This document shows positions 29,896-39,306 of a DNA stretch of 64,000 nt, piece by piece; the first letter of the stretch is position 1; each line of letters opens with the position of its first letter. The position numbers were made by a program, and so were the translations under genes. Origin of the DNA: Patescibacteria group bacterium (GTDB lineage Bacteria > Patescibacteriota > Microgenomatia > UBA1400 > PJMF01); the NCBI GenBank assembly GCA_049322655.1, contig JBMORP010000006.1, positions 576,410 to 640,409 on the forward strand, written 5' to 3'. The notes below the pieces were generated by a model, which worked only from the letters and a program-made list of their open reading frames with translations, was not told the DNA's origin and searched no databases.

Positions 29896-31644
29896 CTAGT
29901 GTTTATCATCTTCCCCGTAAGTTTCAGCTCTCATTCTATCTCGTTTTCTCTTTGCCATCTTTTCTTTTTCTTCATAAGAACCTCTTTGGGTGGCGTCTCT
30001 ACCCATCCAATCTTGATCACCAGCTATTCTCTTAAGTCTCTCTGCATCGCTAAAGTGCTGACCACCTCGGTCAACAATTGTTTCAACTCCAGATAGTGCT
30101 GCTGGTGTCTTAGCGCCAACTTTATCTGCCAACCATCCACCCGCTTGAGTTCCTTTGGCCATAGTGTTTCCAGCACCCCTACCAGCACCTTTAAGAATAT
30201 CTCTACCAAGATCCATACCTCTATTTCCAGCTCTCCAGCTTTGCACTGTAGCTCCAAGACCACCACCAATTGCTCCAGCTCCGGCTCCAAATGTAGCCCC
30301 CGCAATTCTAGAACCAATTGGAGCCCCTTCTTTCATCTGATCAACAGCCTTGAATGCCAAGGTTTCCCAAATACCACCATCGATTTTCATGGCCTTTTTC
30401 ATTTCTTTAATCAACTCTGGAATGATTAAAATAATACCAATCCCAACTAAAGTCATCATGACACTACCAGAACCACGACCGATTAAGAATGGAGGCATAA
30501 AACCACCAACACTGAGGTCTCCTTTGGTAAACATTTCATAGAGAATAAGAGAAAAAAGCACCATGGGGAAAGCTAGTAAATTGCCAAAAACAATTTTAAT
30601 CCAGTAGCCAAAGTTGCTTTTTCCTGGCACAGCACCCATCATTAATAAAAGTGGGCTCACGACAATAGCCACAATAATCGTGATATAGATTTTGAGTAAT
30701 TCAAAGAAAAGTTTAAACACACCAATCAAGATAGCAATCGAAACAATTAAGCCCATTGTTAGACCACCTAACCAGCCAAGCACCTCACCAACAGCACTAG
30801 TATCAATACTAGCAGCAAAGGTCTTAACAGCTTCATTCATACTAGAGAAAGCACCATTAGTGTTAACTCCTGTGACGACATCCCAACCAATTTGTAGGAA
30901 AGTCTTGCTAATTAATTCAGTTCCACCTTCAGGGCTAAATAAACCGATCATTAAGTACATTAGTAGATACATTAAATCAATCAAAAAGCCAGCAATAGCA
31001 TAAGAAAAAGTGACAAAAACCAAAGAAATAATAATGCCTGGAATGGCCTGTTGAGCTGTGATCACTGTTTGACCATTTAGTTTTTGGCGGAACATGATCA
31101 TAAAACCAATCATTAAGAAGATCACCACAAAAAAGAAATAGGCAATATTTCTAAAAACTTTCCAGGTTTCTAAAACTGGATCGAGAGAGGAGAATCCCAA
31201 ACCTTGAGCTTGAGCCTGAGGAATGACGTGGGCATCTTCTAATAATTGGGCGACATAAGTTGTTCCAGAAGCTGGAGGAGTGTAAAGCATAGCCAAAGCT
31301 TGAGTGGTATCACCAATTACTCCTCGGCCATAATGCTCATAAACAATGGCTTTTTCTTCATCAGACATGTTTTGGACAGCGACACTGTCAGCGGGAACGC
31401 CATTAAGTTTTAAAAACCAGTCAGCTTCACCCACTTTAGAAACCGAAGGAACTAAGGAATGCAAAGACATCTTGCCTTTGTCAGCTTCTATTTGACCTGT
31501 TAGGGTTTCCTCGACATTTTTATCAACACCAAAAGTTTCTCTAAACCAATCAAACAAGCCAGCGGCCTGAATTGGTTTGGCCATAGTAAACGAACCTATT
31601 AGCAAAAAAAAGAAGAAAATAGCAATCCGAGTGAGCTGCTTCAT
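29896..31644 (-). CDS. VirB6/TrbL-like polytopic membrane protein
   Basis: Signal peptide, 'W..FRNIAY', many TMs, 'I..SPLLL', Gly-rich cytoplasmic tail. Confidence 0.65.
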   Translation of the reverse strand: MKQLTRIAIFFFFLLIGSFTMAKPIQAAGLFDWFRETFGVDKNVEETLTGQIEADKGKMSLHSLVPSVSKVGEADWFLKLNGVPADSVAVQNMSDEEKAIVYEHYGRGVIGDTTQALAMLYTPPASGTTYVAQLLEDAHVIPQAQAQGLGFSSLDPVLETWKVFRNIAYFFFVVIFLMIGFMIMFRQKLNGQTVITAQQAIPGIIISLVFVTFSYAIAGFLIDLMYLLMYLMIGLFSPEGGTELISKTFLQIGWDVVTGVNTNGAFSSMNEAVKTFAASIDTSAVGEVLGWLGGLTMGLIVSIAILIGVFKLFFELLKIYITIIVAIVVSPLLLMMGAVPGKSNFGYWIKIVFGNLLAFPMVLFSLILYEMFTKGDLSVGGFMPPFLIGRGSGSVMMTLVGIGIILIIPELIKEMKKAMKIDGGIWETLAFKAVDQMKEGAPIGSRIAGATFGAGAGAIGGGLGATVQSWRAGNRGMDLGRDILKGAGRGAGNTMAKGTQAGGWLADKVGAKTPAALSGVETIVDRGGQHFSDAERLKRIAGDQDWMGRDATQRGSYEEKEKMAKRKRDRMRAETYGEDDKH

Positions 31645-31722
31645 TGCTTAAATATTGTACGTCAAGAAATAGAAAAGCAAAACCCCAAAAACTCCTTTTG
31701 AATACTACAAAAGTAATCAAAA

Positions 31723-32598
31723 GTGTACTATACTACTCATATCATAATGATAGCGCTAGAACAAGTTAATTCTCTCAAAGAATATTTTCAGTCGGCTGAA
31801 TCAGTGGCTGTTATTTTGGGTCAAAAACCAACGGTTGACCAGCTCGCTTTAGCTAGTGCTTTATTTATTGGTTGCCAAAATCTTAACAAAGAAGTTGGCC
31901 TATACGCTCCTAAAAAAATTAGCGATGACCATTTCGATGTTTTGGCTAAACTGCAAACTGAATTAGGTAAGCAAAACTTGGTTGTTTCTTTTGATTATAA
32001 TGAACAAGCAGTTGATAAAGTGAGTTACCACATTGGCGAAGAAACTAAAAAATTTCACCTAACCATTAAACCAAAAAAAGGCGCTAAACCTCTTAATCCA
32101 GAATCGGTAGAGTTCTCTTATGCTGGGGCCGATGTTGATTTAATTTTTTTAATTGGTGTTCATGATCTAGAAACTTTGGATCAGTTATATTTTGGTTACG
32201 AATCGCTTTATGAAAATAGTTATGTAGTGACTTTGCATAACTTCAAACCAGAAATTGGAGCCACTCAGTTTGATTTGTCCGGGACAAGCAGTATGAGTGA
32301 AACCATGGTTGATTTACTGCAAAGCTTGGGAGTCGAACTCAATGACACCATTGCTACTTCACTGCTAATGGGGATTGAACAGACAACGAATCATTTGCAG
32401 TCGCTTACGACTAGTGCCGAGACTTTTGAAAAAGTTGCCCAGTTACTAAGAGCTGGTGCCAGAAGAATCAAAAGACAAGAAGCTCCAACTGTTGCTTTGG
32501 AGGTTAAAAAACTTAAACCAGTTAGGAAAAAAAGAGTTACTACGAAGAAAGTGATCTCAACCACTTCTTTATCAACCAAAACCAAAGTTGGTAAGTAA
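31723..32598 (+). CDS. DHH/RecJ-like phosphoesterase domain protein, degenerate
   Basis: Fold motifs retained (DLIFLIG, SS.SE, IATSLLMGI..T, FE..A.L..AGA) but DxD and DHH residues are absent. Confidence 0.65.
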   Translation: MYYTTHIIMIALEQVNSLKEYFQSAESVAVILGQKPTVDQLALASALFIGCQNLNKEVGLYAPKKISDDHFDVLAKLQTELGKQNLVVSFDYNEQAVDKVSYHIGEETKKFHLTIKPKKGAKPLNPESVEFSYAGADVDLIFLIGVHDLETLDQLYFGYESLYENSYVVTLHNFKPEIGATQFDLSGTSSMSETMVDLLQSLGVELNDTIATSLLMGIEQTTNHLQSLTTSAETFEKVAQLLRAGARRIKRQEAPTVALEVKKLKPVRKKRVTTKKVISTTSLSTKTKVGK

Positions 32599-32614
32599 AA
32601 GCAATTTATCTAGT

Positions 32615-35236
32615 TTATCTAATATTGCCACAGTCTAAAGTGAAAGTATCCATCGTACAGACACAATAGTTAGCTCCGCCACAGCCTTGAACTTCTTCAT
32701 AACTACCACAGGCTGGTTGAACTAGGTACTCAGTGGGTACACCATAGTTTCTACCTGCCATCATGTAGTAAAGCTGTTCGGTGGATGGAGTAGAGCCGTT
32801 AGCGGCTTTGTATTGTTCTACCAACCAACTTCTTTCAGATAATCTTTTTCTGAGGACATATTCCATTGAAGTCTCAATATCACAAGCAATGTCTGGATTT
32901 TCTCTAGCTTCTTTGATCCACGGGTCACTAGTGTCGTCAGCAATGTAAGCTGCTTGTGGACAGCCCTCTTTATCGATGCATTGAGGAATTAAAACACCAA
33001 CAATTCCAGAAGCTCCACAAGCGTTAGTAACAATTTCACCACAACTCATCTCTGTTTCACCAGCTCTGATTTTTCTCAGCATGGGGCTGGCTTCTATTTG
33101 TAAGAAGCCCCACAGCATTTGGGCATTATTAGGATCATTACCCGCAATACTACAAGTCATCTTCATTAGTTCGTTCATGGTGGGAAGTTTGGTGGTGCGA
33201 CTTTTAATTTCTTCACAAGATTTTTCTTCACCATCATCTGGGTCTGTGTCAACATAGCCCTTGCAACGACCTAAGAAGAGATCTTCAGTCCGTTTACAAC
33301 TACTAATGTATTCATAAGCTTTAGAGCCATAATCTCTCAAATTTTCTTGAATTTTCCTAATCATCCAGCCCAATTCACCACCCAAAATTCTCATTGGTTC
33401 TTCTGGCCACTCAACCACAATTCCAGCCATTTTCTTTTTTTCACACTCGATACAATATTTATCATCTTCTGGACATTTTTCTACACAGCCAGGTGGTTGA
33501 TGATAAATAAATTGAAAAACGTCTGGTTTGGTTTTGAGCAGGGCACTAGTGTTAACAAAAGTTAAGTTTTCAGGAATAATGCCACATTTACCATCAAAAT
33601 CTTCGACACAGTTATTTTCAACGATGGTTTGAAACTGTTCGGTGGTAAACATTTGTTTTAAAACAGCATTAATATAGTTCATATCACTACCATAAGGAGT
33701 AATTAAGTGGGCTCTAATAACAATCGGGTCTCCATCTAAATCTCCATTAACCACTTCATCTTTGACAATAATATTCCAATCAAAAGTGTAGGATGCGTCT
33801 GAAGGGAAAACTTTAGAGAAATAAGGATCTCTGAGTTCTCTTTTATTATCTGGGGTATTGGCATTAGAACCAAGTTCTCTTACTAGTTCATATGAACCTT
33901 CAAACCCCCCGCAATCAAGTCCACTACCATTAATTTGATCAATAAGGGAATTTAAAAGAATTTTTTCTGGGTCAGAGCCAATACATTGGGGTAGAGCACC
34001 ACAATCAATAATTTTTTCTGTGCCAGGAAGACCTTGTTTAACTGCCAAAATATCACCAATATATTTTTTGCGCTGATCTTTCATTTCTTCTAAATGCTTG
34101 GCAATAATATCTGGATCACTCAAAATATAGGAAGTTAATCGAGCGGAATCGGTGAGGTTGGGAAGGGAAAAAATCATGTTTGTGGCAGTAACGGGGACTT
34201 TGAAACCAATTACAATTGGAGCTTCTTTTTTGATTGGCATTCTTTCAAAAGTTCCTCCCCAGACTGGTTCTGGAGTTTGAATTTCTAGAAAGTCAAAAAT
34301 ATCCTCATTACTCTCAAAGAGAGCTGGGTTAACTTCTTCGTTACCCTCCATCACATTTTGTCTGATTGAGACAACTAGAAAAGCCAAGCGGTACAAAGCT
34401 TCAAGATTGAGTGGTGCTAGGTTAATATCTTCAGCAAAGGGTTGAATATTATTTCTAAATTTTGATTCACTGATACCAAACTCTTCTTCTATCTCTGGAG
34501 TCCAAGCATTCATTAACTCTTTACAACTAAAATTTTTGTTTGGATCTTTTTTACTTTTAATATCGAAAATATCTCTGAGCGCTTCAAAAAGAATCCAGCC
34601 ACCATAATCACGGCCAGGAATATCAATTTGGTTGAGTTTACAAGGATTACCTTCTTTAAATTTGTCACAAAAAAGTTTGTTGTAGACTTCATAAAGGTTG
34701 TTGTACTTCACCACACATTGTTGTTCTTTATCTAGGAGTGCTGTTGCTACGCCACCAGAGTTTAGTTCAGCTGGTTGTTTTTTTAGGTTTTGCGCACCGA
34801 AGTAACCTTCGTATGAAGAAATCTTGGTGGTGTCAGAAAAATCTTCATCTCCTTGGAAAAGAGGAATTTTACCTTCGGCAAAATTACCTTCATAAACAGA
34901 GGTTGAAGTCAATCTAACTGGTTTTTCATATTCTTCAAAATATTCTTTAATATCACCGTGAACTTGACCATTAATCCACCATTTTGGTCTGGCACATTGC
35001 ACTTCATAACCCTGGTTGTAAGCCATTTGGTAAGTAATAATGTCTCTAAGCTCTCCAGTATTACCCAGAGAATATTCATCCTCAATCACTAAGGGTAAAT
35101 AGTTATACATTTCTGGGTCACGACGGGTGTAGTTAACGTAGTCATCACTAGAGGCTGCTTGAATTTGAAAAATTCTCCCAGCCAACAAAAAAACAAAAAA
35201 AGACAAAACAAATAGACTACTGAATCTAGTTTTCAC
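32615..35236 (-). CDS. Secreted Cys-rich protein, possible C-terminal lysozyme-like domain
   Basis: Start moved to GTG 35236 (TATAAT 6 nt upstream); signal peptide; many Cys; 'IEAS...GASG..G...D...S...A..NYG'. Confidence 0.7.
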   Translation of the reverse strand: MKTRFSSLFVLSFFVFLLAGRIFQIQAASSDDYVNYTRRDPEMYNYLPLVIEDEYSLGNTGELRDIITYQMAYNQGYEVQCARPKWWINGQVHGDIKEYFEEYEKPVRLTSTSVYEGNFAEGKIPLFQGDEDFSDTTKISSYEGYFGAQNLKKQPAELNSGGVATALLDKEQQCVVKYNNLYEVYNKLFCDKFKEGNPCKLNQIDIPGRDYGGWILFEALRDIFDIKSKKDPNKNFSCKELMNAWTPEIEEEFGISESKFRNNIQPFAEDINLAPLNLEALYRLAFLVVSIRQNVMEGNEEVNPALFESNEDIFDFLEIQTPEPVWGGTFERMPIKKEAPIVIGFKVPVTATNMIFSLPNLTDSARLTSYILSDPDIIAKHLEEMKDQRKKYIGDILAVKQGLPGTEKIIDCGALPQCIGSDPEKILLNSLIDQINGSGLDCGGFEGSYELVRELGSNANTPDNKRELRDPYFSKVFPSDASYTFDWNIIVKDEVVNGDLDGDPIVIRAHLITPYGSDMNYINAVLKQMFTTEQFQTIVENNCVEDFDGKCGIIPENLTFVNTSALLKTKPDVFQFIYHQPPGCVEKCPEDDKYCIECEKKKMAGIVVEWPEEPMRILGGELGWMIRKIQENLRDYGSKAYEYISSCKRTEDLFLGRCKGYVDTDPDDGEEKSCEEIKSRTTKLPTMNELMKMTCSIAGNDPNNAQMLWGFLQIEASPMLRKIRAGETEMSCGEIVTNACGASGIVGVLIPQCIDKEGCPQAAYIADDTSDPWIKEARENPDIACDIETSMEYVLRKRLSERSWLVEQYKAANGSTPSTEQLYYMMAGRNYGVPTEYLVQPACGSYEEVQGCGGANYCVCTMDTFTLDCGNIR

Positions 35237-35293
35237 AAGTTTATTATACCTTGAATTAAATGGATGTCCCAAAGCAAAGGTAGTCAAGTTGTG

Positions 35294-35334
35294 GTCAGGT
35301 TGTGGTGAGACACTTACCCACGGGGGAAAGGGGG
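35294..35334 (-). repeat. Dispersed 40-bp intergenic repeat, copy 1
   Basis: + strand GTCAG-N7-TGAGACACTTACCCACGGGGGAAAGGGG. Confidence 0.9.
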
Positions 35335-35352
35335 TGTGGTGTTATTGAGTTT

Positions 35353-35775
35353 TTAAAGAATTTTTACCCCAAAGATAATCTCTAGGATTTGGGCTACCCA
35401 ATAAGAAGCAAACAAAATCAAAAAACCAACAATAGCCATGGTGACTCGTTTTTTACCTTCTTCTAAGCTTTTAGCATTAGTCGCTCCAGCTAGAATTTGT
35501 AACCCACCGGCTACAATCATGACAAATAAAGCTAAACCAGCAATTGGAAAAGCAAAAGTTAGTGCTCGGCTAATGATTCCTCCTGGGGTAGAGAGTTCAG
35601 CTGCATGGGGGGAGTTAGCTACTTTTAGTGGATCAAATGAGTCTAAAACATCAGATGTAACTTCATAAGAGTTTTCTTCAGCTGGTAAATCGGCAGCATT
35701 AACTAGAGTTGGAGAAACTAAACTTAGCCAAACTAGACTGGTTAAAACTAGCATTTGTTTGATTTTATTATTCAT
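35353..35775 (-). CDS. VirB2/TrbC-like pilin
   Basis: Start set at ATG 35775; signal peptide; 'GGLQILAGATNAKSLEEGKKRVTMAIVGF...ASYW'. Confidence 0.8.
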   Translation of the reverse strand: MNNKIKQMLVLTSLVWLSLVSPTLVNAADLPAEENSYEVTSDVLDSFDPLKVANSPHAAELSTPGGIISRALTFAFPIAGLALFVMIVAGGLQILAGATNAKSLEEGKKRVTMAIVGFLILFASYWVAQILEIIFGVKIL

Positions 35776-35779
35776 GTTT

Positions 35780-37006
35780 TTAGCCTCCAAAACCAGGGAT
35801 CTGGAATAGGTTGACACCAATAAATCTTAGCATGGTAATAGAGAAGATGATAAAGACCATGCCGATAATAGCTGAAGTAATCTGCTCTTTAGCATCTTTG
35901 GTTGCTTGTGGGTCTCCTTGAGAAACAGATAATCTAAATGCTCCAGCCAGAATTAGTAAGAAGGTGGCACCCCCTCCAACGCTTAAACCAACGGTAATAA
36001 AGGTTTTGATAATGCTATCAGGTTTAGCTGGAATACAGCCAATCGCAGTCCACACGCCAGCATTGCCATTGAAAGTTTCTCCACCGAAACAAGCTTGGCA
36101 TTTATCCCGGTCTTCAGCTGTAGCCTGTTCACACAGTTCAAAGTTTTTCACCATCACGTTCTCAGAAACATCAGTTCTAATGTCATCACACATTTCGTCT
36201 TCACAGTAGTCAATGGTGTTAAAACTAGTTGAACAGCCAGGAAAAATATATTTGGGACCTTCAGCAGTCTCTACATGAATTTTATAGGTAGTTTGATTGT
36301 CAGCTTCAAAACTAGCAGAGGCTTTACCTCCTGTAGCTTTGGTTTTTTCGTCAGCAGTGCTCCCACCCTTAATGACAAATTTTACTTCACCAGAGAAGGG
36401 TTTGCCTTGTGAATCTTCCAAACCCTCGACTTCTATTTTGGTGGTAGAAGAAGTTGTGTCCATGCAGCCAGATGAATAACAGGTTTGCCCATCCCTACTT
36501 TGTGAAACATACAAAGCACATTTGCCACCAGTGTTGTTGTTGCTAGTTTTATAAGTACCAGCATCACAGATTTTTGAACCATTTTTATAGATAGAAATAT
36601 AATGTTCTGCTTCTTCGCCACTGATTCCCCAGTGAGTTAATGCACCTTCTTCTTTAATTGTCCAAGTAACCTTACCATTTTTTAAGTTAAGAGTATTGCT
36701 ACCATTGGTCAGAGTACCACTTTTGGTAGTTTTAAATTTGGCTGAAGTTGCTTGAGCGTCTCCCCACCAGCCACTAACAACTATTTCGTATTCACCATTT
36801 GGATCATAACCACTACTCATATCGATTTCGATAGTGTGAGAGGTGGTGCCAGCAGGCAAAGTGCCTCTTGCTCCACTCAGTACGCCACTACATGAGCCAA
36901 CAGCTTCCACATTAGTGACACTAATTGCCAAGAAAGATAATCCCAAAAAGATAGTAAGGAAAATTTTTTTAACCAAAACAAAAAATGATTGATAAGTCTT
37001 AATCAT
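35780..37006 (-). CDS. Pilin fused to a large Cys-paired extracellular domain
   Basis: Signal peptide, about 280 aa beta/Cys-rich region, then 'WTAIGCIP...SQGDPQATKDAKEQITSAIIG'. Confidence 0.8.
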   Translation of the reverse strand: MIKTYQSFFVLVKKIFLTIFLGLSFLAISVTNVEAVGSCSGVLSGARGTLPAGTTSHTIEIDMSSGYDPNGEYEIVVSGWWGDAQATSAKFKTTKSGTLTNGSNTLNLKNGKVTWTIKEEGALTHWGISGEEAEHYISIYKNGSKICDAGTYKTSNNNTGGKCALYVSQSRDGQTCYSSGCMDTTSSTTKIEVEGLEDSQGKPFSGEVKFVIKGGSTADEKTKATGGKASASFEADNQTTYKIHVETAEGPKYIFPGCSTSFNTIDYCEDEMCDDIRTDVSENVMVKNFELCEQATAEDRDKCQACFGGETFNGNAGVWTAIGCIPAKPDSIIKTFITVGLSVGGGATFLLILAGAFRLSVSQGDPQATKDAKEQITSAIIGMVFIIFSITMLRFIGVNLFQIPGFGG

Positions 37007-37109
37007 GTTAAATACTTTAAATCTGGTTTTTATGGAGTTTATTTTATCATGAGCTGAGTTTGTTCAGCTAGTCGTAGCTTCAAACTATTTTCGTCTATAT
37101 AATAAAGAT

Positions 37110-38804
37110 GTGTTTAGAGAAAAAAGACTACGATCTTTTGTGTTTTTGTTTCTATTTTTAGTCGTTGGGGTTTTTGTTTTTAAATCAGAATCAATCCAAG
37201 TTTTTGCTGAAGATCCAGTGTCTACTTTACAAAGACAGATTGATGAGCTCGAACAATTAAAAAAACTTTCAGAAGACGCGACCAAGCCATTAGAAGCAGA
37301 ATTAAATTCTTTAGAGAAAAAAATTGCTAATGCCAGACAAAGTATCATTAATGCTCAGCGACAAGCCAAAGAGTTAGAAAAAACTATTGAAAAAAGAGAG
37401 GAAGATGTTGCTGTTCAGTATGTTATTTTTTCTAACAGAATTGCTCAACAATATAAAAGATCACGAACTTTTTCACCTTTGCTGCTGTTTTTTAACAGTA
37501 GTAATGCCAGTAAGTTGACCAAAAACTTAGCTTACAGTTCTTCTGTTCAGGCTCAAGACAACCGATTAATTAGGTCTTTGACCGAAGAAATAATGAAACT
37601 AGAAACAGATAAAAACAAGCTAGAAACAGATCAAGTTACTCTGGCTTCTTTGGAAAAACAACTTGATAGTCAAGCTAGTTTTTTTAAAGTGGAAATCGAC
37701 AAAGCCAAAGACTACCAGTCTGAGCTAGCTGGTCAAATTGCTACTTTATCTGCTAGACAACAAGAAATTATTAATGCTAGGTCTGGGACTTTTACGGCTT
37801 CGATCGGTAATAGTGAGCTAGCTGATGACTACAATGCCTCAATTAAAGGTTTTAGAGAAGCTGCTCCAACTGGTAGCTTTGCAGTTTTTTCTTTTGGTGC
37901 TTACACTCATCGCAAGGGGATGAGTCAATATGGAGCTAGGGGCAGAGCTCAAGCTGGCCAAAACTTTAAACAAATTCTTCAAGCTTACTATGGTAAGGAA
38001 CCAGTTAATAAAGACACTGGAGGAAATATTAGTGTGGCTGGCTATGGTTCAATCGAGTTCGAAACGACCTACTTATATGGGATCGCCGAGATGCCATCTA
38101 GCTGGAGTTTAGAAGCATTAAAGGCCCAAGCGGTAGCAGCTAGAACTTATGCTTATCGCTATAAACAAGAGGGCAAAGAAATCTGTACGACGGAAGCTTG
38201 CCAGGTTTTTAATAAAGCAAAATCAGATAGTCCACCAAGCGCCTGGAAGCAAGCTGTTGATGAAACCAAAGGTCAAGTTTTGGAAGATGTCGTAACTTAT
38301 TATGCTTCTACTCATGGAGGTTATGCTTCACCGATTGGTTGGGATACTACAGATGGTTCTGGTGGGAGTGATTTTATTGATAAATCTTATGACAAGCTGG
38401 GGGGCTCTCCCTGGTTATATAAAGCTTGGTACACCAAAGGGTATAGTCCTTCATCTGATAAGTGTGGCAGGGCGAATCCTTGGTTAACTGGGGCCGAGCT
38501 TGCTGACATTATTAATGCCGCTAAATACCGTGATGATCGAGTAACACCAATCACCACGGCCTGTTGGGGTGGCAACCCTTATTCTCATGAAGAGCTTAGA
38601 GCTAAAGCAAATGGACCTGCCAATGTAACAGGAGTGACAGTTAAACAAGGTAATGGAAGTACTTCTGAGGTTGTGTTCCAAACAGACAAAGGAACGATTA
38701 CTTTATCTGGCTCAGATTTTAAAACAGCTTTTAATCTGCGTGCTCCTGGTCATTTATCAATCCCTCAGAGCGGTTTTGCTTTTTTCAATATTGAACACAA
38801 ATAA
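37110..38804 (+). CDS. Coiled-coil plus SpoIID/LytB-domain protein
   Basis: 'H.KGMSQYGA', 'YLYGIAEMPSSW..EALKAQAVAARTYA', 'CQVF'. Confidence 0.88.
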   Translation: MFREKRLRSFVFLFLFLVVGVFVFKSESIQVFAEDPVSTLQRQIDELEQLKKLSEDATKPLEAELNSLEKKIANARQSIINAQRQAKELEKTIEKREEDVAVQYVIFSNRIAQQYKRSRTFSPLLLFFNSSNASKLTKNLAYSSSVQAQDNRLIRSLTEEIMKLETDKNKLETDQVTLASLEKQLDSQASFFKVEIDKAKDYQSELAGQIATLSARQQEIINARSGTFTASIGNSELADDYNASIKGFREAAPTGSFAVFSFGAYTHRKGMSQYGARGRAQAGQNFKQILQAYYGKEPVNKDTGGNISVAGYGSIEFETTYLYGIAEMPSSWSLEALKAQAVAARTYAYRYKQEGKEICTTEACQVFNKAKSDSPPSAWKQAVDETKGQVLEDVVTYYASTHGGYASPIGWDTTDGSGGSDFIDKSYDKLGGSPWLYKAWYTKGYSPSSDKCGRANPWLTGAELADIINAAKYRDDRVTPITTACWGGNPYSHEELRAKANGPANVTGVTVKQGNGSTSEVVFQTDKGTITLSGSDFKTAFNLRAPGHLSIPQSGFAFFNIEHK

Positions 38805-38838
38805 CTAAATTTAGTGAGATAAAGTTGGCAATGGATTT

Positions 38839-39165
38839 TTAGACAAAAGCTCTTTTTAGGCCAAATTTATTGAGAGGATTGTTGGTTGTGACTTGATTAT
38901 TTTTGGTTAAAGATGGTAGTTGAGGGATTTTACTAGGTTCAATGGCAATTTTTTTTGGTTCAGGTAAGGTCTTAAGTTGTTGTTGATCTAGCTTAGGGGC
39001 TTCTTTTTGTGGAGATAGTAGGTGAATATCTTTACTATTATCATAAGGTCTGATGATGGCAATTGGTTTTGAACGATACATTAATAGGAAACTCTCTCCT
39101 TTGTTCAATGCTCGATGAATGGGAGAAAAACTTTGTCTGAACTGTTTCATTGACACAATTTTCAT
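38839..39165 (-). CDS. Phd/YefM-like N-terminal domain protein
   Basis: 'IVSMKQFRQSF....L.KGE.F.L...SKPIAIIRP'. Confidence 0.55.
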   Translation of the reverse strand: MKIVSMKQFRQSFSPIHRALNKGESFLLMYRSKPIAIIRPYDNSKDIHLLSPQKEAPKLDQQQLKTLPEPKKIAIEPSKIPQLPSLTKNNQVTTNNPLNKFGLKRAFV

Positions 39166-39247
39166 GCTACCTACCAGTGTACTGAAAAAACTAGAGTCTC
39201 GTCAAACCAATCTTTAAAGTTCAAATTAGTCCATTGTTAGTAGTTTT

Positions 39248-39288
39248 GTCAGGTTGAAGTGAGACACTTACCCACGGGGGAAGAGGGG
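39248..39288 (-). repeat. Dispersed 40-bp repeat, copy 2
   Basis: + strand GTCAG-N7-TGAGACACTTACCCACGGGGGAAGAGGGG. Confidence 0.9.
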
Positions 39289-39306
39289 AGGGCAAAAAAT
39301 TATTTT

